Shown here in pieces: positions 1 through 9,197 of a stretch of 64,000 bases of DNA (within the stretch, counting starts at the first letter, position 1; every line of letters starts with the position of its first letter). The position numbers and the translations under genes were made by a program. Source of the stretch: Clostridia bacterium (GTDB lineage: Bacteria > Bacillota > DAOUPZ01); NCBI GenBank assembly GCA_030625885.1, contig DAOUPZ010000010.1, positions 29,812-93,811 of the forward strand. Direction: 5' to 3'. Under the pieces are notes generated by a model. It did not search any database. It was not told where the DNA came from and saw only the letters and a program-made list of their open reading frames with translations.

Positions 1-2
1 AA

Positions 3-146
3 GAACCTTCAAATGAAGAATTTTCTCAAAATGTAAAAGCTTTTATTGCTACATTGGAAAGTATAAGTGCAATAGAAAAGCTTTCTGATAACAGCTATAT
101 TGTGTATGATAGCGGAAGTATAGGAGGTGTGTCATGGTTAATATAA
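3..146 (+). CDS. 3' end of an upstream gene in the AT-rich island (frame 3, open from the window edge, stop TAA at 144-146). It overlaps the next start by 13 nt.
   Basis: Frame 3 is open from position 3 to the TAA at 144-146 (…EPSNEEFSQNVKAFIATLESISAIEKLSDNSYIVYDSGSIGGVSWLI*). GGAGG at 123-127 serves the ATG at 134. Composition matches the island. Confidence 0.4.
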   Translation, partial: EPSNEEFSQNVKAFIATLESISAIEKLSDNSYIVYDSGSIGGVSWLI

Positions 147-3100
147 CAACTATAGATGAAAAGATATATAATATTTTATTGAAATATATAAAGGGAAGGT
201 ATCTAGGAGATACTCTTTTTTGTTGTATATCAGGCTGCAATAATAGGGTGATAAAGTATATAAAAGACAATTTATCAATACTTCAAAGTATAGAGAAAGA
301 ATATCATATCATGCCTATTTTTGAAGAAAAAACCAATTTTTCGTTTAATGAAATTGTGAGAATAAGAAATGATAAGGATATTAAGAAAATAATTATTTTT
401 ACAAATGGAAGTATAAGTAATATAGATTCACTTAAGGATTTTGCCCAAGTTGACATTAAAAAAATTCCATTTATGGATTTATGGGGTATTATTCAAGAAG
501 AGTGTGAAATTTATTGGAATGAAAATGATAAGTATAATGCGATTGAAAAATTTTTAAAGGATTTAACAGATATAATACAGCCTGAAATATATAATTTAAT
601 AGAGTATTTAGAGAAAGTAAATAAAGATAGTGTAATATATGATGATTTAATTTTAGCATTGAATACAGATTTGTATATGTTTAATATCTGGGCATCTTCA
701 TGTAATACGGTGTTACGAAAAAGCAAATTACAGACTATATATCATAATTCTGATCCTATTCAAATTCATAAGAAGATAACATCACCAAAAGATATCGAAA
801 AAATACAAAAGAGCAAAGATATTGACAAAGCCATACGAGGAAGATTCGGCAATATACGAAAGCAAAAAACAATACTAAGAGAGATGTTTTATGAGCGAAA
901 ATATAGCCAAGCATACAGAGAAATTTATTATGAAATTATTGAAAATATTCTTAAAGGAAGTGGAAAAAAGAAGAAAAGGAAAACTCATGAAGAAGAGGAT
1001 TCTTATAGTTACACTAATATATATAGTCTAGCATTAGGTGCATTAGCAGATTTAGACAATGATGTCACAGTAAGTGTTGATGAAATTAAAAGAGTTACAA
1101 GTTTTAATGATATAGATTTTGAGAATGATGCTGAAGAAGATTATCATTATAAGGTTGATATACCGTATTACTCAAATGAACAAAGTAATAATGAAGATAT
1201 ATTCGTAAATTTGGAAGATGCTAAAGTGAAGTGGAGTCAGTTTCAAAATAACTTTGCAGATAAAGATTATAGAGAAGATATTGTAGAATTATGTGATAAT
1301 TTAAATATACATAATAAAGATAAAATAATTTTAAAAAATAAGTTGGAAAGGTATCTTAATGCTAGAGATTATTTTATAAAACAAAACAATAATCCAATTA
1401 ACCTCAATGGTCTATTAAATAATTCCATAAAGTATGTAACATCTTTTTTCGAACTAATAAAAGAATTATATAATTTTAGACAAGCTACAATAAAAAATAT
1501 TTCTATGAATGGTTTAATTAATAAACTTGTTAACATTGATATCAAAATAAAAAATAATGAAATATATGTACCATTCTATAGTCCATTATTAATATTTCAT
1601 TTGCATAATATGAGAAGTAGATATGAAAAATGTTTATCAATTATTAATAAAATGAATACATATAGAGTTGAGATATTAGAACAAATAAATACTAAAATTT
1701 TAAATGAATATATAGTTTATGATAATAAAACCTATTTATTATCTCAAGATAATAGTAAATTTCCTTATTACATTAAATATATATGTGAAGAATATGTAGA
1801 TAGTATTATTACAATTAATTTTAATGTTATTTCACCATATATAATTAAATATATTAAGAAATATCCTTATAAAAATATAATTAAATTATGTCTAATAGGT
1901 GAAGTAGATTTAAAATCATTAAAAAATACCCTGTTAAAAATATTAGAAAAGATAGATTATTCAAACTTAACACGTTTTAGGCTTAAAATTATTACAAAAT
2001 CACCCAATGATGTTAGAGAAGTTCTTATTTCATTGTTTGAACAAAAAGAAAGCTTAAATAAAAAAATTGAATGTACTATAGAAAGGATGAAGTTAAATAT
2101 TAATCTAGAAAAATATGTGGAGAATTTAATTATTGAAAATGATATAACACTATTTTTGGATAGCAGTATAATGTATTTAAAAACACGTTTTAATAAAAAG
2201 AATGATAGTTATATTGAGAGGGTGGTTAGCTATAGAGATATATCTAGTGAAATTAATAGTATTTCTTATGTTTTAGAAGGTAAAAAAGACAGTATGCCTA
2301 TTATACCTAATGTTATAAATGTATTACAGAACTCTATTGAAAATGAAAACTTACAGAATGGAGAACTAGATAAATATAACTTAAATAATAATTTGATTTC
2401 TTGTATAAATAAGACTTTAAGTGATCTGAAGAATGAAGATAAAGAAGTTATACTTCTTTCAAGTGATAGCAAAATAGATGAACAAATTTTAGATAATCGA
2501 AATCTTAGTGAAATTGACGAGGCTGTCAATAAAAATGACAAAATAAAAGTGTTGACATTTTGTAAATGCACTAAAAATAAAGATGAATATACATTTAAAG
2601 AAAGCAATCATTACATTGAGTTTAATGCAAGTAATTTGTTAGATAGTTTTTTAATTGATAGTAAGCTGGGTTTTTCTTTTATGGACATAGATTTTGAAGA
2701 TATAATTATACGTATGTCATATGGAAATTTTCCACAAGCAATTGATATAGCCTATTATTTTATTAAAGAGTATGATGATGAAATCAGTAAAAAGATTGAA
2801 ATTGAAGTAGAATGTAAAAAAATGTTTGATACATTTATTAAAGTATCTATTAAACCTGAGTTATTTTTAGATAATTATAACAAAGAAAATTTTGTTAAAC
2901 TATTGTTAAGGAGTGCTAAAACAGAGGAAGATGTAGTTTTTATATATTCATTTGAAAATATTTATAATGATATTAAAATTAATTATATAGGAAATATAGA
3001 TTATAAAGATAAATCAAATATTACTAAAATATCTTCAATTAATAGAAATACAGTGTATAGAATATTAAAAATTTTAGGTGAAGAAGCTATTTCTGAACAA

Positions 3101-3262
3101 GCAATAAATAATTTTTCAGAAATGCTCAAAGTTAATAATTTTAGTATTAGCAATTTACCAATGTTACAAATATTAATTTCAAAATATAACCACAATTATA
3201 ATAACATGAAATATTTATATGAGAATATAGGTGCCGTGATTAAAAATATGGAGGTGAAATAA
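134..3262 (+). CDS. Large hypothetical protein (1042 aa), N/K/I-rich, with no recognisable catalytic motif. It is the first complete gene of the island operon.
   Basis: Uninterrupted 3.1-kb ORF, RBS GGAGG 7 nt upstream. Its stop TAA is directly followed by the ATG of the next gene (taaATG). No Walker or other known motif found by eye. Confidence 0.7.
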   Translation: MVNITTIDEKIYNILLKYIKGRYLGDTLFCCISGCNNRVIKYIKDNLSILQSIEKEYHIMPIFEEKTNFSFNEIVRIRNDKDIKKIIIFTNGSISNIDSLKDFAQVDIKKIPFMDLWGIIQEECEIYWNENDKYNAIEKFLKDLTDIIQPEIYNLIEYLEKVNKDSVIYDDLILALNTDLYMFNIWASSCNTVLRKSKLQTIYHNSDPIQIHKKITSPKDIEKIQKSKDIDKAIRGRFGNIRKQKTILREMFYERKYSQAYREIYYEIIENILKGSGKKKKRKTHEEEDSYSYTNIYSLALGALADLDNDVTVSVDEIKRVTSFNDIDFENDAEEDYHYKVDIPYYSNEQSNNEDIFVNLEDAKVKWSQFQNNFADKDYREDIVELCDNLNIHNKDKIILKNKLERYLNARDYFIKQNNNPINLNGLLNNSIKYVTSFFELIKELYNFRQATIKNISMNGLINKLVNIDIKIKNNEIYVPFYSPLLIFHLHNMRSRYEKCLSIINKMNTYRVEILEQINTKILNEYIVYDNKTYLLSQDNSKFPYYIKYICEEYVDSIITINFNVISPYIIKYIKKYPYKNIIKLCLIGEVDLKSLKNTLLKILEKIDYSNLTRFRLKIITKSPNDVREVLISLFEQKESLNKKIECTIERMKLNINLEKYVENLIIENDITLFLDSSIMYLKTRFNKKNDSYIERVVSYRDISSEINSISYVLEGKKDSMPIIPNVINVLQNSIENENLQNGELDKYNLNNNLISCINKTLSDLKNEDKEVILLSSDSKIDEQILDNRNLSEIDEAVNKNDKIKVLTFCKCTKNKDEYTFKESNHYIEFNASNLLDSFLIDSKLGFSFMDIDFEDIIIRMSYGNFPQAIDIAYYFIKEYDDEISKKIEIEVECKKMFDTFIKVSIKPELFLDNYNKENFVKLLLRSAKTEEDVVFIYSFENIYNDIKINYIGNIDYKDKSNITKISSINRNTVYRILKILGEEAISEQAINNFSEMLKVNNFSISNLPMLQILISKYNHNYNNMKYLYENIGAVIKNMEVK

Positions 3263-4285
3263 ATGAATAATGAAACTGAAAAGAAAAGTAATATAATTTG
3301 TATAAATTCTATTAAAGGTGGAGCTGGAAAGACAACTATTGCATTATCATTAGCATATTCTTTGCTTTCAGAGTTAGAAGTTAAATATGATAGTGATAGA
3401 TTGCAAGGAGAAGATGAGAATGTTACAGAAATACAAGAGCCAAAAGTTTGTTATATTGATTTAGATATATTGGGTACGGGGGCTAAACACATAATTTATG
3501 GAGAAAATTATATTGAAGATGATATAAAGTATTTAAATGATATGAAATCTACCGATAAAGATTTTAAACAATACATAAACTACTTAATAATAGAAGGTAA
3601 AAAATTTTGTGTTGATTGTATTATATTGAATGATGCTCCTGAAGAAAAAAATAAGTTTATTAATAATGCACGTTCACATACATCTACAGTTAATATAAAT
3701 ATGTTTCAAGGTAGGGCAAAAAAATTATTAGCTGAAATAGTTAAAGAAAATATTTATGACTATATTATTATTGACTGTGCTCCAGGTTACGAAGGATTTT
3801 CGCGAAATATATATGATTATTTAAAAAAAGAAATCAAGCTAAGGTATAATCATGTGAGAAATGTATATAATTTATTTATAACCACTTTGGATAAAGCGCA
3901 TGTAATGAATACAATTTCTTTTGTATATAATATTATAACTGCCACTGATAATAACCTAAATATTAAAATAGTTCTAAATGATACTTTGAATTACTTTGAT
4001 AATGAAGGCAAAAAAGAGGAGTTTATTAGTAATGTGATTGATAAATTCTCATTATTAAGTAAGAAAGAGATGGAGGAGTGTGGGGACAACCATAATCCTT
4101 CAATAATTAGTTTTAATATTGAATCTATAGTTGTAAAAAAATATAGTGATATAGCATTAAATATGTTTTTTGGAAATGGCAAACAATTACATGGTACTAG
4201 ACTTTGTGAGAACATAGATGATCGAGAGCTAGTTAAAACATTAAAAATATTATCATTTGGAGGTAATGATATTGTGGATTATTGA
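3263..4285 (+). CDS. ParA/MinD/Soj-type P-loop ATPase (deviant Walker A).
   Basis: N-terminal ICINSIKGGAGKTTIALSLA matches the KGGxGKT deviant Walker A. The hydrophobic YDYIIIDCAPG matches a ParA-type Walker B. Translationally coupled to the flanking genes. Confidence 0.75.
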   Translation: MNNETEKKSNIICINSIKGGAGKTTIALSLAYSLLSELEVKYDSDRLQGEDENVTEIQEPKVCYIDLDILGTGAKHIIYGENYIEDDIKYLNDMKSTDKDFKQYINYLIIEGKKFCVDCIILNDAPEEKNKFINNARSHTSTVNINMFQGRAKKLLAEIVKENIYDYIIIDCAPGYEGFSRNIYDYLKKEIKLRYNHVRNVYNLFITTLDKAHVMNTISFVYNIITATDNNLNIKIVLNDTLNYFDNEGKKEEFISNVIDKFSLLSKKEMEECGDNHNPSIISFNIESIVVKKYSDIALNMFFGNGKQLHGTRLCENIDDRELVKTLKILSFGGNDIVDY

Positions 4286-5963
4286 TGATAATAATATGCA
4301 AAATTTTTTTTCTGAGTGGTACGATAAATCAAATAAGATATTTAGTGATGAATTATCGAATGATATAGAACAAATGAACAAAAACATATTTTTATCACAA
4401 AATATAGATTTGAATTATGCAACTATGCAAAAAAACTTACACATGATTTTTGGTGAAAATACAAATGTAGAAAAACAGGTTTGTTTATTTGATGGTGTAT
4501 TAGAATTTTTACAGCATGTTGTTCAAGTAGATGGAGCTGATAGATTATTTAGTAAACATTTTTATGATATTGAATGGAATATGTTTTTAGAAGCAGATTT
4601 TGAAAAAAGTGAGATGAAAGTATATAGAGATCATTTTGTACATCAAATTAGAAATGCTTATTTAGGATATTACCTAATATGGGAAATAGGATTATATAAA
4701 AATATTGAATATGCAGTTCATAAATATGGTTCAACAGGATTCTCACAATATATAAATATATATAAATCAAAAGAATTAAATTCTGATGATAGAAAAATTT
4801 TTTATCAAAAAGTAATAATGAAAACTTGGTTTTTATCAGCTCTTTTTCATGATATAGGATATCCATTAGCATATCACCAAAGATATTCAGCAAGAATGGA
4901 CAAATATATGCCATATCTTAGAGTTTTGGATAACAGAAGACAGATGGATTTTATAGAACTATCGGCATTATTATCAGATACTTACTTGTTTAAAATGGTT
5001 GATTATGAAGAATTGAAATTAAAATATGAAAGATTTGATCATGGAATGTTGTCAGCAATATGCTTGCTCTTAAACTATTATCATACCGGTGCTATACACA
5101 GATTGTCAAATTCGGATAGATGTTCAATTGAACTAGCTGCTTATGCAATATTTGTTCATACAAGAAATTATTCTATACAAGGAAATTTAGAAAAAAATAT
5201 AAGACCTATTTTTGTTGAAGATCCTATTGCATATCTGCTACGATTATGTGATGATTTACAAGAATGGGCAAGAGTATATTTTATAGTAGGAGAAAATAGT
5301 AATGTTTTAATATGTGATAAATGTAAAAAAACAGTTGAGAAACAGGAAAATAGTGATATATATAGATGTAAATGTGGTAATACCTTCAAGAAAATTACTT
5401 CCATTAATTATAGAAAGATTAATCTAGTTGAAGTATGTAAAAAACTAACAATTGAAGATGATGGTAAAAAAATTATCTTTAAATTGGATTATGATTTGTT
5501 AAAATTAATGGAAGTTATAAAAATAGATGAACAATATGCAAAATATAGGGTAAAAGAACTTTCCAATTTAAAGAAATTATTAACAGATCAAGCGTTATTA
5601 CCAGAAATTGATATTAATTACTTTATAAGTAATAATCATATGGAAATAAAAGTTGAAATATTCTTGAGATATATAGAAAAATATTTTAAAGAAAAATATA
5701 TTAAAATAGCGTCTAAAGATTCAAATAGAATTAAACATGAATTTATGTTAGAAAATCAGAAAGAAATAGAAACATCTATTATTCGCAATTTACACTTGGA
5801 GTGTGATGATAATATAAAAGAATCTCTACGATGTGAGATGGAGAGTATTATTGAATATTTATGCAATAATAAACAAAGAGAACTAATATGCAAAAATCCT
5901 CCATGTGAAAATTATATGGAAAATATATATCTATATACATTAATAGACGGTGTTTGTCAATAA
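4257..5963 (+). CDS. HD-domain (metal-dependent phosphohydrolase or nuclease-like) protein with an internal Cys4 zinc ribbon. Start is uncertain: TTG 4257 or 4272, or ATG 4296.
   Basis: RDHFVHQIRNAYLG (His motif I), LFHDIGYPLAYH (HD motif), FDHGMLSAICL and LLRLCDDLQEW (distal His and Asp). CDKCKK…(x14)…CKCG zinc ribbon. It overlaps the end of the ATPase gene by 29 nt. Confidence 0.6.
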   Translation: MEVMILWIIDDNNMQNFFSEWYDKSNKIFSDELSNDIEQMNKNIFLSQNIDLNYATMQKNLHMIFGENTNVEKQVCLFDGVLEFLQHVVQVDGADRLFSKHFYDIEWNMFLEADFEKSEMKVYRDHFVHQIRNAYLGYYLIWEIGLYKNIEYAVHKYGSTGFSQYINIYKSKELNSDDRKIFYQKVIMKTWFLSALFHDIGYPLAYHQRYSARMDKYMPYLRVLDNRRQMDFIELSALLSDTYLFKMVDYEELKLKYERFDHGMLSAICLLLNYYHTGAIHRLSNSDRCSIELAAYAIFVHTRNYSIQGNLEKNIRPIFVEDPIAYLLRLCDDLQEWARVYFIVGENSNVLICDKCKKTVEKQENSDIYRCKCGNTFKKITSINYRKINLVEVCKKLTIEDDGKKIIFKLDYDLLKLMEVIKIDEQYAKYRVKELSNLKKLLTDQALLPEIDINYFISNNHMEIKVEIFLRYIEKYFKEKYIKIASKDSNRIKHEFMLENQKEIETSIIRNLHLECDDNIKESLRCEMESIIEYLCNNKQRELICKNPPCENYMENIYLYTLIDGVCQ

Positions 5964-6095
5964 AGTTGTCATAAAAACCTAGAATTTCAGATTAATATTT
6001 TTCGGTATTTGTTGATCAGGTTTTTCCTCAGTTTGTTTTTCAGGATTAAGCCATACTTGATCTTCAAGTGACCAGTCACGAATGCCTTTGACGCT

Positions 6096-6215
6096 CTGTC
6101 AAAGGGACGGGGTTGTTGACAACACCCCTAATTTGGGATAACCTAGATTAGGGGTGTTTTTTATGCCGAGAAAAGCAAGAAACAAAATTGAGAGGCTAAC
6201 AGGTATCAACAGGGT
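6096..6215 (+). repeat. Structured repeat, copy 1: TTGACA, 36-nt perfect hairpin, T6, conserved ATGCCGAGAAAAGCAAGAA, and a GCTAACAGGTATCAACA box.
   Basis: Hairpin is ACACCCCTAATTTGGGATAACCTAGATTAGGGGTGT followed by TTTTTT. The flanking sequence aligns with copy 2 at 9198-9300. Confidence 0.7.
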
Positions 6216-6296
6216 GATTGTTTTAAAAGCAAAACAGCATCTTTTGTGGTATAATTATCCACAAAAGATGCTGTTTTTAGTATAGAGAGGAAGGAT

Positions 6297-6629
6297 ATGA
6301 TGGAAAAAATAAATTTAAGCGCTGCCAATGTGAAAAATGCTAAAAAAAATATCAAGAGGAACATTGATTTGCAAAAACCTTTTACTGTCGTGCTTCAAGG
6401 AAGAAAAGCGCAATCAATAATTAGAAAAATTAATACCTCTTCCCTTAAGGAGGATTTTGTAACCGCAAAAGGGGCATTATTAGATAGTGATTCTGATTTA
6501 AAATTTTATATCGTTGCAGCGATCGGGTTAATTACAATGGTAACTTCATTAGAAGGTTATAGACTATTTGTAAAAACAAATATAGATAATAGTGAGGAAG
6601 TAATAATCATATTTAAGAGAGAGAAATAA
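6297..6629 (+). CDS. Hypothetical small protein (110 aa).
   Basis: ORF with GAGAGGAAGG RBS-like sequence upstream. No motif recognised. Confidence 0.35.
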   Translation: MMEKINLSAANVKNAKKNIKRNIDLQKPFTVVLQGRKAQSIIRKINTSSLKEDFVTAKGALLDSDSDLKFYIVAAIGLITMVTSLEGYRLFVKTNIDNSEEVIIIFKREK

Positions 6630-6794
6630 ATTTTCCTCTTTCCTTCGCTTTTTCTGCAAACCTGTAATGTAAGTTTTTTATTGCGTTACGTATACTTAAA
6701 AAATAAAAGAGGAATACAATTTGTCAATCAGACAAATTAAGGGGTTAACGGGTATCAGCAATCTTGTTCCCCCTGCTAGATTGGAGGAAAACTT

Positions 6795-7079
6795 ATGCGG
6801 GATAATGTTTTAGATGAAATAAGAGAAATTGCTATGAAGTATAATATTCAAAAGGTTATACTGTTTGGCTCTCGTGCAAGGGGAGATTATTTACCTACTA
6901 GCGATTATGATTTTGCAATCATTGCAGAGGATTTATCTGTTTTGGATAAAGCTATTTTTTGTGCCGACGTTGAGGAAATTAACACACTCAAAAAAATTGA
7001 TATTGTATTTGTTGACTCAAATACTAGTAATGATTTGATGAAGAATATCAAGAGGGATGGTGTGATCATATATGAGTAA
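6795..7079 (+). CDS. Nucleotidyltransferase (MNT or MntA-like antitoxin) of an MNT/HEPN pair.
   Basis: LFGSRARGDYLPTSDYDFAI carries the GSxxxG…DxD pol-beta-type nucleotidyltransferase signature. It overlaps the downstream HEPN gene by 8 nt. Confidence 0.8.
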   Translation: MRDNVLDEIREIAMKYNIQKVILFGSRARGDYLPTSDYDFAIIAEDLSVLDKAIFCADVEEINTLKKIDIVFVDSNTSNDLMKNIKRDGVIIYE

Positions 7080-7464
7080 GTTAGAAACAAAATTAAATAA
7101 TTTTACTAATGCATTACAGAGATTAAAAGAAGCCGCAATAGAGCTTGAAAAAGATGATGCGAGTGATGTTGTGCGTGATGGTCTTATTCAAAGATTTGAG
7201 TTTACTTATGAACTTGCATGGAAGACCACAAAGCAATATTTGGAAGAGGTCGGTATTGTAGACAATAATTCTCCAAAAGCTGTTATAAAAGCAGCATATG
7301 CTCAGAATCTTATTTTTAATGAGCAAAACTGGTTACTTATGCTAAATGATAGAAATCTGACTTCTCATGTATATAAGGAAGAAATAGCAGAAGAAATAGC
7401 TGAGAGAATAACCGATTATTATATTAATGAATTTGAGAAATTGCTAAGCAAACTACAAGTATAA
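7072..7464 (+). CDS. HEPN-domain toxin (HepT-like).
   Basis: C-terminal RNLTSHVY fits the Rx4HxY HEPN motif. Size 130 aa. Gene order MNT then HEPN. Confidence 0.8.
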   Translation: MSKLETKLNNFTNALQRLKEAAIELEKDDASDVVRDGLIQRFEFTYELAWKTTKQYLEEVGIVDNNSPKAVIKAAYAQNLIFNEQNWLLMLNDRNLTSHVYKEEIAEEIAERITDYYINEFEKLLSKLQV

Positions 7465-7502
7465 ATAAGTCTGTTACCAGACAAAAACGGAAGGAGACGA
7501 CT

Positions 7503-7955
7503 ATGAAGAAATTAATTGTTTATGTTTCAGTACATCATAACAATACTAAGAAAGTAGCGGAGCGGATGGCAGCTGTTTTAGGTGCGGATTGCCTAGCAGC
7601 TAAAGATGTTGATCATGCGTTGCTTTTGGAATATGATGTGATTGGTTTGGGTTCGGGTATCTTTTTTGGTAGACATCATAATCGTTTGATTCAACTGGTT
7701 AAGGAAGCTGCTGTTTTAAAGGGGAAAAAGGTTTTTGTTTTTTCCACGGCTGGTTTTGAAAAAATAGCGTTTCATAATCACTTAAAACGATTACTTGATA
7801 ATATAGGTGCAGAAATTATAGGTGAATTTATTTGCTCTGGTTGGGATACTTATGGTCCTTTTAAATTAGTAGGTGGTATCAAAAAGAATAGACCGAATAA
7901 TCATGATTTAGAGCGGGCTGTTCAGTTTGCGGAGGAACTTAAAAAGGGAATATAA
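7503..7955 (+). CDS. Flavodoxin-like fold protein.
   Basis: MKKLIVYVSVHHNNTKKVAERMAAVLGA… has the typical flavodoxin N-terminus and a GLGSGIFFG loop. Confidence 0.5.
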   Translation: MKKLIVYVSVHHNNTKKVAERMAAVLGADCLAAKDVDHALLLEYDVIGLGSGIFFGRHHNRLIQLVKEAAVLKGKKVFVFSTAGFEKIAFHNHLKRLLDNIGAEIIGEFICSGWDTYGPFKLVGGIKKNRPNNHDLERAVQFAEELKKGI

Positions 7956-8024
7956 AGAAAGTATGGACTATATTTATGTATTGATAGTTTTTTATTTTAT
8001 TATATACTTTTTAGGGGTTGGGAA

Positions 8025-8070
8025 ACAATTAGGCATATTGTATTCATACAATATGCCTAATTGTTTTTTA
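8025..8070 (+). terminator. Intrinsic terminator after the flavodoxin-like gene.
   Basis: AAACAATTAGGCATATTGTA/TACAATATGCCTAATTGTTT perfect 20-bp stem followed by TTTTAAT. Confidence 0.6.
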
Positions 8071-8238
8071 ATTATATTAAAAATAAACATTGAACTGTTA
8101 TATGTAATGGTATATAATATAATTAAATAAAACATAATATAATATATATGCGGTATAAGCAAAATGAATCGATACAATAAAAGTATATAACAAGACAATT
8201 TATAAAAAATTTTTTAAAATATATAAAGGAGGCTTGGA

Positions 8239-9186
8239 ATGATGAAAGTTTTTGGACCAGTTCCTTCAAGGCGGTTAGGGCAAAGTTTGGGTATTAATAA
8301 TATTCCACCAAAATTTTGTACTTATTCCTGTGCATATTGTCAACTGGGGCACACTAAAAAAGTGCAAATTGAACGTCGTGAATTTTATAAACCAGCGGAG
8401 CTTGTAGCGGAGGTAGAAGAAAAAATAAAAAAAGCGGCAAAAGTAGGTGAGAAAATCGATTACATGACTTTCGTTGCAGATGGTGAACCCACTTTAGATA
8501 TTAATTTAGGTGCGATTATAGACGGTTTAAAACCGCTTGGTATTAAAATAGCCGTGATTAATAATAGTTCACTTATCTGGCGTGAAGATGTCAGAAACGA
8601 CCTTTTGAAAGCAGATTGGGTTTCTCTGAAAGTAGATAGCCTGAGAGAAGAAATATGGCGTAAGATAGATCGTCCTCATCGTGCTTTAAAGCTGGATTCT
8701 ATATTAGAAGGGATTCTGGCGTTTGCGAAAGTTTATAAAGGACAACTGATGACAGAAACGATGCTTGTAAAAGGTATTAACGATGAAGAAGAATATATTA
8801 AGGAAATTGCTGACTTTTTAGCAAAACTCAACCCCAACACATCCTACTTATCTATTCCAATCAGACCACCAGCTGAAGCGTGTATACAAGCGGCAGATGA
8901 AACATTTATCAATCAAGCTTATCAGATCATCAGTGAAAAAGTTAGCAATGTAGAATATCTGATCGGCTACGAAGGTAATGCCTTTGCTTTTACGGGAAAT
9001 GTAAAAGAAGATATCCTCAGTATTACTGCGGTACATCCAATGCGCCAAGATGCGATTGACGACTTTTTAGTTAAGGCAAATGCGACTTGGAATGTTATAA
9101 ATGATTTACTTAAAGAAGAAAAAATTTTCGAAATTAAACACGACAAAAATACTTTTTATATGCGAAATATTGGTTTAAGACGTTAG
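8239..9186 (+). CDS. Radical SAM enzyme.
   Basis: GPVPSRRLGQSLGINNIPPKFCTYSCAYCQLG carries the CxxxCxxC cluster motif immediately after the GPVPSRRLG N-terminus. Confidence 0.8.
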   Translation: MMKVFGPVPSRRLGQSLGINNIPPKFCTYSCAYCQLGHTKKVQIERREFYKPAELVAEVEEKIKKAAKVGEKIDYMTFVADGEPTLDINLGAIIDGLKPLGIKIAVINNSSLIWREDVRNDLLKADWVSLKVDSLREEIWRKIDRPHRALKLDSILEGILAFAKVYKGQLMTETMLVKGINDEEEYIKEIADFLAKLNPNTSYLSIPIRPPAEACIQAADETFINQAYQIISEKVSNVEYLIGYEGNAFAFTGNVKEDILSITAVHPMRQDAIDDFLVKANATWNVINDLLKEEKIFEIKHDKNTFYMRNIGLRR

Positions 9187-9197
9187 ATGCGAACGGG

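Noticed and set aside
49-5404. Several 60-120-aa minus-strand ORFs inside the island genes (49-270, 511-726, 2266-2607, 3001-3195, 3991-4215, 4648-4914, 5168-5404)
   Set aside because: They lie antisense within long well-supported ORFs, have no RBS, and in AT-rich DNA arise readily. Treated as spurious.
7927-8198. Two overlapping small ORFs on opposite strands in the 7.93-8.24 kb spacer
   Set aside because: The region is an AT-rich intergenic spacer containing a perfect 20-bp terminator hairpin. The 'proteins' are low-complexity I/Y/L strings.
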